From: Eledone cirrhosa
Lineage: Eukaryota
NCBI GenBank assembly: GCA_964016885.1
Contig: OZ024741.1
Location: forward strand, 127,658,001-127,722,000
Direction of reading: 5' to 3'
Length of the DNA: 64,000 bases
The notes beneath the pieces are model-generated. The model had not been told where the DNA came from. It saw only the letters and a program-made list of their open reading frames with translations, and did no database searches. This document shows, in pieces, positions 1 through 12,400 of the stretch (positions are counted from its first letter, which is position 1; every line of letters starts with the position of its first letter). A program made the position numbers and the translations under genes.

Positions 1-3000
1 CTATAATGTGGTAGTGCCGGTTCTACTACAAAATACACCCAGCCCACTCTATAATGTGGTAATGCTGGTTCTACTACAAAATACACCTAGCCCACTGTAT
101 AATGTGGTAGTGCTGGTTCTACCACAAAATACACCCAGCCCACTCTATAATGTGGTAATGCTGGTTCACTACAAAATACACCTAGCCCACTCTATAATGT
201 GGTCGTGCTGGTTCTACTACAAAATACACCCAGCCCACTCTATAATGTGGTCGTGCTGGTTCTACTACAAAATACACCTAGCCCACTCTATAATGTGGTA
301 GTGCTGGTTCTACTACAAAATACATTCAGCCCACTCTATAATGTGGTAATGCTGGTTCTACTACAAAATACACCCAGCCCACTCTGTAATGTGGTAATGC
401 TGGATCAACTACAAAATACACCCAGCCCACTCTGTAATGTAGTAATGCTGGTTCTACTACAAAATACACTCAGCCCACTCTATAATGTGGTAATGCTGGT
501 TCTACCACAAAATACACCCAGACCACTACAATGTGGTAATGCTGGTTCTACCACAAAATACACTCAGCCCACTCTATAATGTGGTAGTGCTGGTTCTACC
601 ACAAAATACACTCAGCCCACTCTATAATGTGGTAGTGCTGGTTCTACCACAAAATACACCCAACCCACTCTATAATGTGGTAGTGCTGGTTCTACTACAA
701 AATACACCCAACTCACTCTATAATGTGGTAGTGCTGGTTCTACTACAAAATACACTCAGCCCACTCTATAATGTGGTAGTGCTGGTTCTACTACAAAATA
801 CACCTAGCACACTCTATAATGTGGTAGTGCCGGTTCTACTACAAAATACACTCAGCCCACTCTATAACGTGGTAGTGCTGATTCTACCACAAAATACAAC
901 TAGCCCACTCTATAATGTGGTAGTGCCGGTTCTACTGCAAAATACACCCAGCCCACTCTATAATGTGGTAGTGCTGGTTCTACCACAAAATACACCCAAC
1001 CCACTCTATAATGTGGTAGTGCTGGTTCTACTACAAAATACACCTAGCCCACTCTATAATGTGGTAGTGCCGATTCTACTACAAAATACACTCAGCCCAC
1101 TCTATAATGTGGTAGTGCTGGTTCTACCACAAAATACACCCAGCCTACTCTAGAATGTGGTAGTGCTGGTTCTACCACAAAATACACTCAGCCCACTCTA
1201 TAATGTGGTAGAGCTGGTTCTACTACAAAATACACCTAGCCCACTCTATAATGTGGTAGTGCTGGTTCTACTACAAAATACACTCAGCCCACTCTATAAT
1301 GTGGTAGTGCTGGTTCTACTACAAAATACACCCAGCCCACTCTATAATGTGGTAATGCTGGTTCTACTACAAAATACACCTAGCCCACTGTATAATGTGG
1401 TAGTGCTGGTTCTACCACAAAATACACCCAGCCCACTCTATAATGTGGTAATGCTGGTTCACTACAAAATACACCTAGCCCACTCTATAATGTGGTCGTG
1501 CTGGTTCTACTACAAAATACACCCAGCCCACTCTATAATGTGGTAGTGCTGGTTCTACCACAAAATACACCCAGCCTACTCTAGAATGTGGTAGTGCTGG
1601 TTCTACCACAAAATACATTCAGCCCACTCTATAATATAGTGTTGGTTCTACCACAAAATACACCCAGCCCACTCTATAATGTGGTAATGCTGGTTCACTA
1701 CAAAATACACCTAGCCCACTCTATAATGTGGTCGTGCTGGTTCTACTACAAAATACACCCAGCCCACTCTATAATGTGGTCGTGCTGGTTCTACTACAAA
1801 ATACACCTAGCCCACTCTATAATGTGGTAGTGCTGGTTCTACTACAAAATACATTCAGCCCACTCTATAATGTGGTAATGCTGGTTCTACTACAAAATAC
1901 ACCCAGCCCACTCTGTAATGTGGTAATGCTGGATCAACTACAAAATACACCCAGTCCACTCTGTAATGTAGTAATGCTGGTTCTACTACAAAATACACTC
2001 AGCCCACTCTATAATGTGGTAATGCTGGTTCTACCACAAAATACACCCAGACCACTACAATGTGGTAATGCTGGTTCTACCACAAAATACACTCAGCCCA
2101 CTCTATAATGTGGTAGTGCTGGTTCTACTACAAAATACACCCAACTCACTCTATAATGTGGTAGTGCTGGTTCTACTACAAAATACACTCAGCCCACTCT
2201 ATAATGTGGTAGTGCTGGTTCTACTACAAAATACACCTAGCACACTCTATAATGTGGTAGTGCCGGTTCTACTACAAAATACACTCAGCCCACTCTATAA
2301 CGTGGTAGTGCTGATTCTACCACAAAATACACCTAGCCCACTCTATAATGTGGTAGTGCCGGTTCTACTGCAAAATACACCCAGCCCACTCTATAATGTG
2401 GTAGTGCTAGTTCTACTACAAAATACACCTAGCCCACTCTATAATGTGGTAGTGCCGATTCTACTACAAAATACACTCAGCCCACTCTATAATGTGGTAG
2501 TGCTGGTTCTACCACAAAATACACCCAGCCTACTCTAGAATGTGGTAGTGCTGGTTCTACCACAAAATACATTCAGCCCACTGTATAATATAGTGCTGGT
2601 TCTACCACAAAATACACTCAGCCCACTCTATAATGTGGTAGTGCCGGTTCTACAACAAAATACACCCAACCCACTCTATAATGTGGTAGTGCTGGTTCTA
2701 CTACAAAATACACCCAGCCCACTCTATAATGTGGTAGTGCTGGTTCTACTACAAAATACACCCAGCCCACTCTGTAATGTGGTAATGCTGGTTCTACCAC
2801 AAAATACACTCAGCCCACTCTATAATGTGGTAGAGCTGGTTCTACTACAAAATACACCTAGCCCACTCTATAATGTGGTAGTGCTGGTTCTACTACAAAA
2901 TACACTCAGCCCACTCTATAATGTGGTAGTGCTGGTTCTACTACAAAATACACCCAGCCCACTCTATAATGTGGTAATGCTGGTTCTACTACAAAATACA

Positions 3001-3446
3001 CCTAGCCCACTGTATAATGTGGTAGTGCTGGTTCTACCACAAAATACACCCAGCCCACTCTATAATGTGGTAATGCTGGTTCACTACAAAATACACCTAG
3101 CCCACTCTATAATGTGGTCGTGCTGGTTCTACTACAAAATACACCCAGCCCACTCTATAATGTGGTCGTGCTGGTTCTACTACAAAATACACCTAGCCCA
3201 CTGTATAATGTGGTAGTGCTGGTTCTACCACAAAATACACCCAGCCCACTCTATAATGTGGTAATGCTGGTTCACTACAAAATACACCTAGCCCACTCTA
3301 TAATGTGGTCGTGCTGGTTCTACTACAAAATACACCCAGCCCACTCTATAATGTGGTAATGCTGGTTCTACTACAAAATACACTCAGCCCACTCTATAAT
3401 GTGGTAATGCTGGTTCTACTACAAAATACACCCAGCCCACTCTATA
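1..3446. repeat. 48-bp satellite array, block 1 (continues off the left edge)
   Basis: Direct tandem monomer CTATAATGTGGTARTGCTGGTTCTACYACAAAATACACCCAGCCCACT. Some 45/46-bp variants. Internal 1529-bp duplication (GGATCAACT marker at about 402 and 1931). Confidence 0.98.
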
Positions 3447-4197
3447 GCCTCTCTCCAGCCATCTATTTAAAACTGTATACAGCTATGGTGCGACCACACT
3501 TGGAATTCGCATCATCAGTCTGGAACCCCTATCTTGCTCGGAACATTGACCTCCTGGAAACTGTTCAGAGACGTGCAACCAAGCGCATACCCTCCATCAG
3601 ACACCTACCATACTCTGAACGCCTTGCTTCCCTGGGCATGGATTCATTGAAGCTCCGACGTCTGGCAGTGGACTTGGTGAATACCCACAAAGTTTTTAAC
3701 CATCTCGCCAACTGCAACCCTGAGCGCCTCTTTGATCTCCATGTGTCTAACACACGTGGACATGCCTACAAGATAAGAAAACAGCACAGCTCCCATGACT
3801 TTCGCAGACATTTTTTCACGCTCAGAGTTGCTGAAACATGGAACAAACTGCCTGCGTCAATTGTTAGCTGCCGAGACACTGCATCCTTTAAGACACTCAT
3901 GCTTCCCGAAATACGCCAAAACTACACCTGATGTGCCCCTTCCATACACATGCACACATGTGTGCACTGTTCATTTTACTGATGTTTGTGCATTGCCCTA
4001 TGTACTGTACATGCACTTTTTTGATGGGTTGTGGTGCACCTGGGCACTGTGCACAATATTTCATTATTGTTATTGTTATTATATCATGACTCATACACTG
4101 TTTATTTTCCTGACATTTGTACATTATTCTATGTACTATACATGCACCTTTGATGAGTTGTAGTGCACCTGAGCACTGTACACAATAATTTCATTAT
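3447..4197 (+). mobile_element. 5'-truncated copy of the CR1/L2-group LINE (ORF2 C-terminus plus doubled 3' UTR and ATT tail)
   Basis: Matches 8714-9464 almost base for base (about 2 differences seen). Encodes LKLYTAMVRPHLEFASSVWNP...FFTLRVAETWNKLP. Flanked by TATA at 3443-3446 and 4198-4201. Confidence 0.95.
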
Positions 4198-4534
4198 TAT
4201 AACGTGGTAATGCTGTTTCTACCACAAAATACACTTAGCCCACTCTATAATGTGGTAGTGCTGGTTCTACCACAAAATACACCCAGCCCACTCTATAATG
4301 TGGTAGTGCCGGTTCTACTGCAAAATACACCCAGCCCACTCTATAATGTGGTAGTGCTAGTTCTACTACAAAATACACCTAGCCCACTCTATAATGTGGT
4401 AGTGCCGATTCTACTACAAAATACACTCAGCCCACTCTATAATGTGGTAGTGCTGGTTCTACCACAAAATACACCCAGCCTACTCTAGAATGTGGTAGTG
4501 CTGGTTCTACCACAAAATACATTCAGCCCACTCT
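4198..4534. repeat. 48-bp satellite, block 2 (about 7 monomers between the two LINE copies)
   Basis: Same monomer. Its variant order matches about 2300-2584. Confidence 0.95.
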
Positions 4535-4997
4535 TACCATATGCATATACACACACGTGAAAAGAAACCACACTATTTCGTGTGAGACACTATACCGGCC
4601 AATTTTACCAATTTACATTGGTAAAATATTTCTTAACATTGACCTCGCTTCTAACCCACATACACCTTTTAATTATATATATATATACTAGCAGCTGAAA
4701 GTTAATAATTTGGAAAAAAAAATATTATTGAAAGTTTACTATAAAGAAGCAGTATCAGGGGAAAAAAAACAAAAAAAAACCTTATTTCGCTGTTAATAAA
4801 CAACTGCCTTCTACAGTACGTTTCATTTAACTTACGCAGCATATTTATTTGTTTACATGTAATGTAATTCAGACTCTTCTGTACACACACAACATTTAGG
4901 AAAACGGAAACAAAATACACAAAAAAACAGACATTTTATTTCTATCGTAATCAAGTGCGCTAAACCTATATTGTTTACATTCTGTGTTTTTCTACGG

Positions 4998-6377
4998 ATG
5001 GGTAGAAATAACAAAATTGCCATGGTGATATCCATCGATGAAATATGTGACAAAACCGGCCGATGTCCCAAGATAGAACATTGCCCAGAAAATCACATCT
5101 GCCATATCTGTGCGGAACCCGAAAACTCGTTCCGTAATCGCTGGGTCGAATGTGGAACCTGTCGCATCTCTGTCTGCCTTCAATGCGCCACAGGCTTCCG
5201 GAGGATCCCAGGCCAAAAAAAGAGACACCATAATGCTATGATGGATGGAATATGAGAGATGGTCCAGCTAAAATCCTGGTCCTTTCAGTGTCTGGCCTGT
5301 GTGCCTGCCTCCACGAATGTTATTAATGTTATTGAAAAACAACAACAACAACAAAAACCAATGACTGTGTCTTCCTCTACCACTGTTACTGAACAACGGC
5401 AAAAACCTATGACACTGGCTTCTACTGTTATTCCTGTGGGAGAACATCAGAAACAACAACAACCCATGTCTTCCACTCCCAGTACATCTCGACACCAACA
5501 ACTGGTGACTGTGTCTTCCCCTACCATTCCCGTGGAGGAACATCATCATCACCAACAACAACAACAGCAACAACCTGCGACTGTGTCCTCCCCTGCCATT
5601 CCCGTGGAGGAACATCATCATCACCAACAACAACAACAACAGCAACAACCTGCGACTGTGTCCTCCCCTGCCATTCCCGTGGAGGAACATCATCACCAAC
5701 AACGACAGCAGCAGCAGCAACAACAACAACAACAACAACAACAACCGACCAGTACAGATTTTGCGGAACTGCAACTAATGATTTCTGCTCTGAGAAGGGA
5801 AGTTGCAGGAATAGAGGCAAGCATTCGGGTAGGACCCCACAATGAGGGGTCTTATCGGAATGCCTTGCTAAAGAATCTCCCTGTACCTCTTGCTGGAAAG
5901 ACTGAAAAGACTGCGGAATCTGCTACCCATGAAGTGATTGCCATTGGGGTACCAGAGGACAAGGCCGATCTTCAGGCATTTGCTGCCAGCTCGGCCAAAG
6001 ACCTAGGCTGTGTTCCCCCAAAGGGTGCCCTCCGCCTTGGTCGACCTGGTCCAAAACCCAGACTCATCAGGCTGTCTTTCTCGGACCCCGCAGAGGCAAC
6101 CTCATATCATCTGGCCTCTGCTAAAGCTGGGCGTGAAAATCGGATTACCTTCCGAACACGCCCAGGCCTACCACCCCATGTACGTCCAAAACTACGTGCT
6201 GCAGCCTCCTTGAATCGGAACTCAGCACAAGATAAAAGTTTCAGTCTGCGTGATGATGGGCAGATCTGGAGGTTTGTCAAGGCGGGTGAAACGTGGAAGA
6301 GAGATACCAGCTGGTCTGAGTGTGATCTACCCACAATAACTGGCAATGTAAAAACTGCTACAACTCTGGGAAACTAA
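4998..6377 (+). pseudogene. LINE ORF1 (PHD-like Zn finger, Q/H-rich repeats, coiled coil, RRM-like C-terminal region); one in-frame TGA at 5253-5255
   Basis: ORFs 4971-5255 and 5259-6377 share a frame. The Cys pattern CHIC...CGTC-x4-CLQC...CLAC spans the stop (probably TGG>TGA, GIWEMVQ). The C-terminal part has VIAIGVPE and LRLGRPGPKPRLIRLSF, typical of LINE ORF1. Confidence 0.8.
5506..5745 (+). repeat. In-frame ~60-63-bp tandem repeats and polyQ inside ORF1
   Basis: Three copies of TVSSP(T/A)IPVEEHHH(H)Q(n) with CAA/CAG tracts. More degenerate copies lie upstream (about 5360-5500). Confidence 0.9.
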
Positions 6378-9198
6378 ACCAGAACAACCTGCCACCCTCT
6401 ACACACCATCATAGACTGCGAGCAGGGTACAAATTGTTGTCCTTAAATGCTCGCAGTTTATGCAACAAGATACATCTGTTTGAATCCTACGTCAGAAGCA
6501 TCGACCCTGACTTCATCACAGTCACGGAAACATGGGCACATTCCTTACTCTGTGATGGGGTTTCACCATTACTGGGTACAACCTTTTCCGCAAGGACCGC
6601 ATTAACCGCCGTGGTGGTGGTGTGATGGTCTACGTTCGTTCAAACTTTTCGGTAATTCCTTGCGTTGATTTGAACGAATCACAGGAAGAAGTTTTTTTCT
6701 GTGACATACGTATGACCATGTCAACACTTCTGCTTGGTGTTGTTTATCGCCCCCCAAACTACCATCAGGACACACAGCTTTGCGATATCCTCAGAGTTGC
6801 TGCCAAGAAAACAGCCACTTATGTGTTTATTGCAGGTGACTTCAATCATCCTGAGATCGATTGGGAAACCTTTCGTTGGCCACAGGGTGCAAACGATTTC
6901 CTTGAACTAGTGCTGGACTCAAACTGGTCACAAGTAGTCACCTCTCCAACAAGAGGTGACAACACTTTGGACCTGATCTTCACCACTACTCCTGAAGTGG
7001 TTATCAGTTGTACTACTGAGGAACCTCTAGGCGACTCTGATCATGCTATGATCATTGCCAATCTGGCACTTGAGGGCAGCAACAAAAACCAGAGCCATCT
7101 CCAATCTGCTTGCTTTGATTGGAAGAGGGCGGATTGGAACTTGTACTGCACTGAGCTACAGCGCCCAAACTGGCATGAGATGTATAACTCTGGAGATGTG
7201 AACTCTATACTCCAGAGCATCCTGGACTCAATATGGATAGCGTGTGCAGCATCAGTGCCACGGAAGCGGAAAAATAACCACCCCAAAAGTGCAATCTGGG
7301 AAACTTCAGCAGTCCGACTTGCCAGGAAAGAACGTCGGAACGCTGAACGGGAATATAAACTGCATAGATCAGATGCCAACAGAAAAAAGCGGAATAAATC
7401 TTCTAACCATCTCAAGCAAGTGACAAAGAAGGCAGTGCTTGAATTTGAACAGTGCATCGCAACCAATCCTGACAGTAAGGTGTTCTGGAAATATGTTCAT
7501 TCAAAGCAGAGACCTCACTCTCCAGTTGGTCCTCTTCGCAATCCCCACACAAGCCAGATCACTGACGATCCCAAGGAATGCGCAGAACTCATTGCTGAGT
7601 GCTATGCAAGTATTTTTACTGTTGAAAACCAGAATGTACCATCTCCACCATCTCTAACATCAAATTCCATAACAACTATGGAATTTACACCTGCAATGTT
7701 GCGACGTCACCTTAAGAATAAGCGCAACTATGCCTCCCCTGGTCTTGATGGTGTGACATACCTGCTTCTCAAACGTGGCGGGGATTTCCTTTTGCGCCAG
7801 CTTTCTTTTTTCTTTCAATACTGTCTCAGCAATGGTGCTACTCCGGAGCAGTGGAAAACTGCCAGTGTCATTCCCCTGTTCAAAAAGGGCAACCGCATGT
7901 CACCTGTCAACTATCGTCCAGTCAGTCTTACTAGCTGTATGGCCAAACTGATGGAATCCTGTGTCAGAGAAACACTTTGGAACTTCTGGAGCTCTCACAG
8001 CCTCATCCGGCCCTCACAGTTTGGATTTATCCCTAACTCCAGCTGCTGTGATCAGCTTATCGAGTTCCTTGAGGACATCACCCGGATCACTGACAGCGGC
8101 TCATGGGTGGATGTTGTTTACCTTGACTTTGCTAAGGCTTTTAATTCTGTGCCACACAAAAGACTTATGGCAAAACTCTCTGCAATGGGTGTGAGGGATG
8201 ATCTTTTCGACTGGCTGAAATCCTTCATTCTCAGCCGAAGGGAAGTAGTCACGGTTCTAGGACAGCATTCTTCACCATATGAGATGTCATCTGGTGTACC
8301 ACAGGGATCTGTTCTTGGTCCTCTTTTGTTTGTGGCATATATTAATGACATAGATGCCAACTTACAGAATGCCACGGTACTAAAATATGCAGATGACATC
8401 AAGCTGTACCTTGAAATCAAAAGGACTGATCCTGAAATTTACAACTCTTTCCTACAATCAGACCTGGACACAATGCAGCAATGGATCACAGACTGGCAAC
8501 TGAAGCTGGCTGTGGACAAGTGTACCACCATGCATTTTGGAAGGAAAAATCCAGCGTCCACATACTCCCTCCACAACACTGACATCAAAAAGTCCTCTTG
8601 TGAACGTGACCTAGGCATTACTGTCAGCAACGATTTGCGTTGGACAAAGCATGTCTCTAAGATTGTCAAGAAGGCCGAGGGTGTCTTGGCATCACTCAGC
8701 AAGACCTTTGTTAGCCGCTCTCCAGCCATCTATTTAAAACTGTATACAGCTATGGTGCGACCACACTTGGAATTCGCATCATCAGTCTGGAACCCCTATC
8801 TTGCTCGGAACATTGACCTCCTGGAAACTGTTCAGAGACGTGCAACCAAGCGCATACCCTCCATCAGACACCTACCATACTCTGAACGCCTTGCTTCTCT
8901 GGGCATGGATTCATTGAAGCTCCGACGTCTGGCAGTGGACTTGGTGAATACCCACAAAGTTTTTAACCATCTCGCCAACTGCAACCCTGAGCGCCTCTTT
9001 GATCTCCATGTGTCTAACACACGTGGACATGCCTACAAGATAAGAAAACAGCACAGCTCCCATGACTTTCGCAGACATTTTTTCACGCTCAGAGTTGCTG
9101 AAACATGGAACAAACTGCCTGCGTCAATTGTTAGCTGCCGAGACACTGCATCCTTTAAGACACTCATGCTTCCCGAAATACGCCAAAACTACACCTGA
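6368..9198 (+). pseudogene. LINE ORF2 (apurinic endonuclease plus reverse transcriptase); 1-nt frameshift near 6561
   Basis: EN motifs LNARSL, VTETW, RKDR..RRGGGV, YRPP, GDFN, LDL, SDH. RT motifs PLFKKG, NYRPVSL, YLDFAKAF, GVPQGSVLGP, KYADD, RDLG. Adding one T at GGGGTTTC (about 6557-6564) joins 6434-6625 to 6622-9198. Confidence 0.92.
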
Positions 9199-9466
9199 TG
9201 TGCCCCTTCCATACACATGCACACATGTGTGCACTGTTCATTTTACTGATGTTTGTGCATTGCCCTATGTACTGTACATGCACTTTTTTGATGGGTTGTG
9301 GTGCACCTGGGCACTGTGCACAATATTTCATTATTGTTATTGTTATTATATCATGACTCATACACTGTTTATTTTCCTGACATTTGTACATTATTCTATG
9401 TACTATACATGCACCTTTGATGAGTTGTAGTGCACCTGAGCACTGTACACAATAATTTCATTATTT

Positions 9467-12400
9467 TATAGTGCTGGTTCTACCACAAAATACACTCAGC
9501 CCACTCTATAATGTGGTAGTGCCGGTTCTACAACAAAATACACCCAACCCACTTTATAATGTGGTAGTGCTGGTTCTACTACAAAATACACCCAGCCCCC
9601 TCTATAATGTGGTAGTGCTGGTTCTACTACAAAATACACCCAGCCCACTCTGTAATGTGGTAATGCTGGTTCTACCACAAAATACACTCAGCCCACTCTA
9701 TAATGTGGTAGAGCTGGTTCTACTACAAAATACACCTAGCCCACTCTATAATGTGGTAGTGCTGGTTCTACTACAAAATACACTCAGCCCACTCTATAAT
9801 GTGGTAGTGCTGGTTCTACTACAAAATACACCCAGCCCACTCTATAATGTGGTAATGCTGGTTATACTACAAAATACACCTAGCCCACTGTATAATGTGG
9901 TAGTGCTGGTTCTACCACAAAATACAGCCAGCCCACTCTATAATGTGGTAATGCTGGTTCACTACAAAATACACCTAGCCCACTCTATGATGTGGTAATG
10001 CTGGTTCTACCACAAAATACACCCAGCCCACTCTGTAATGTGGTAATGCTGGTTCTACCATAAAATACACCCAGCCCAGTCTATAATGTGGTAGTGGTGG
10101 TTCTACTACTAAATACACCCAGCCCACTCTATAATGTGGTAATGCTGGTTCTACTACAAAATACACCCAGCCAACTCGATGATGTGGTAATGCTGGTTCT
10201 ACCACAAAATACACCCAGCCCACTCTGTAATGTGGTAATGCTTGTTCTACTACAAAATACACCCATCCCACTCTATAATGAGGTAATGCTGGTTCTACTA
10301 CAAAATACACCCAGCCCACTCTATAATGTGGTAGTGCTGGTTCTACTACAAAATACACCTAGCACACTCTATAATGTGGTAGTACCGCTTCTACTACAAA
10401 ATACACTCCGCCTACTCTATAATGTGGTAGTGCTGGTTCTACCACAAAATACACCCAGCCCACTCTATAATGTGGTAGTGCTGGTTCTACGACAAAATAC
10501 ACCCAGCCCACTCTATAATGTGGTAATGCTGGTTCTACCACAACATACACTCAGCCCACTCTATAATGTGGTAGTGCTGGTTCTACCATATAATACACCC
10601 AGCCCACTCCATAATGTGGTAATGCTGGTTCTACCATATAATACACTCAGCCCACTCTATAATGTGGTAATGCTGGTTCTACCACAAAATAGACCTAGCC
10701 CACTCTATAATGTGGTAATGCTGGTTCTACAATATAATACACTCAGCCCACTCTATAATATGGTAGTGCTGGTTCTACCACAAAATACACCTAGCCCACT
10801 CTATAATGTGGTAGTGCTGGTTCTACCACAAAATACACCCAGCCCACTCTATAATGTGGTAATGGTGGTTCTACCATAAAATACACCCAGCCCACTCTAT
10901 AATGTGGTAATGCTGGTTCTACTACAAAATACACCCAGCCCACTCTATAATGTGGTAGTGCTGGTTTTACTACAAAATACACCTAGCCCACTCTATAATG
11001 TGGTAATGCTGGTTCTATCACAAAATACACTCAGCCCACTCTATAATGTGGTAATGCTGGTTCTACTACTAAATACACCCAGCCCACTCTATAATGTGGT
11101 AATGCTGGTTCTACTACAAAATACACGCAGCCAACTCGATGATGTGGTAATGCTGGTTCTACCACAAAATACACCCAGCCCACTCTGTAAAGTGGTAGTG
11201 CTGGTTCTACTACTAAATACAACCAGCCCACTCTATAATTTGGTAATGCTGGTTCTACTACAAAATACACTCAGCCCACTCTATGATGTGGTAGTGTTGG
11301 TTCTACGACAAAATACACTAAGCCCACTCTATGATGTGGTAGTGCTGGTTCTACTACAAAATACACTCAGCCCAGTCTATAATGAGGTAGTGTTGGTTCT
11401 ACTACAAAATACACTCAGCCCACTCTATAATGTGGTAGTGCTGGTTCTACTACAAAATACACTCAGCCCACTCTATAATGTGGTAATGCTGGTTCTACTA
11501 CAAAATACACTCAGCCCACTCTGTAATGTGGTAGTGCTGGTTCTACCACAAAATACATCAAACCCACTCTATAATGTGGTAGTGCTGGTTCTACCACAAA
11601 GTACATCAATCCCACTCTATAATGTGGTAGTGCTGTTTCTACTACAAAATACTCCCAGCCCACTCTATAATGTGGTAATGCTGGTTCTACCACATAATAC
11701 ACTCAGCCCACTCTATAATGTGGTAGTGCTGGTTCTACTACTAAATACTCCCAGCCCACTCTACAATGTGGTAATGCTGGTTCTACTACAAAATACACCC
11801 AGCCCACTCTATAATGTGGTAATGCTGGTTCTACTACAAAATACACCCAGCCCACTCTATAATGTGGTAGTGCTGGTTTTACTACAAAATACACCTAGCC
11901 CACTCTATAATGAGGTAGTGCTGGTTCTACTACAAAATACACCCAGCCCACTCTATAATGTGGTAGTGCTGGTTCTACTACAAAATACACCCAGCCAACT
12001 CTATAATGTGGTAATGCTGGTTCTACCACAAAATACGCCCAGCCCACTCTATAATGTGGTAATGCTGGTTCTACCACAAAATACACCCAAACCACTCTAT
12101 AATGTGGTAATGCTGTTTCTACTACAAAATACACTCAGCCCACTCTATAATGTGGTAATGCTGGTTCTACTACAAAATACACCCAGCCCACTCTGTAATG
12201 TAGTAATACTGGTTCTACCACAAAATACACTCAGCCCACTCTATAATGTGGTAGTGCTCGTTCTACCACAAAATACACTCAGCCCACTCTATAATGAGGT
12301 AGTGCTGGTTCTACTACAAAATACACCCAGCCCACTCTTTAATGTGGTAATGTTGGTTCTACTACAAAATACACCCAGCCCACTCTGTAATGTGGTAATG

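Larger units (their letters stand above)
4535..9466 (+). mobile_element. Full-length non-LTR retrotransposon (APE-RT LINE, CR1/L2 group)
   Basis: About 460-bp AT-rich 5' UTR, ORF1 with a PHD-like finger, ORF2 with APE and RT domains, 3' UTR ending in an (ATT) tail. Sharp junctions to satellite on both sides. Confidence 0.95.

Noticed and set aside
5268-9020. Antisense and alternate-frame ORFs over the LINE (and similarly over the Gypsy element)
   Set aside because: Shadow ORFs of real coding frames or of CAA repeats, with no independent motifs.
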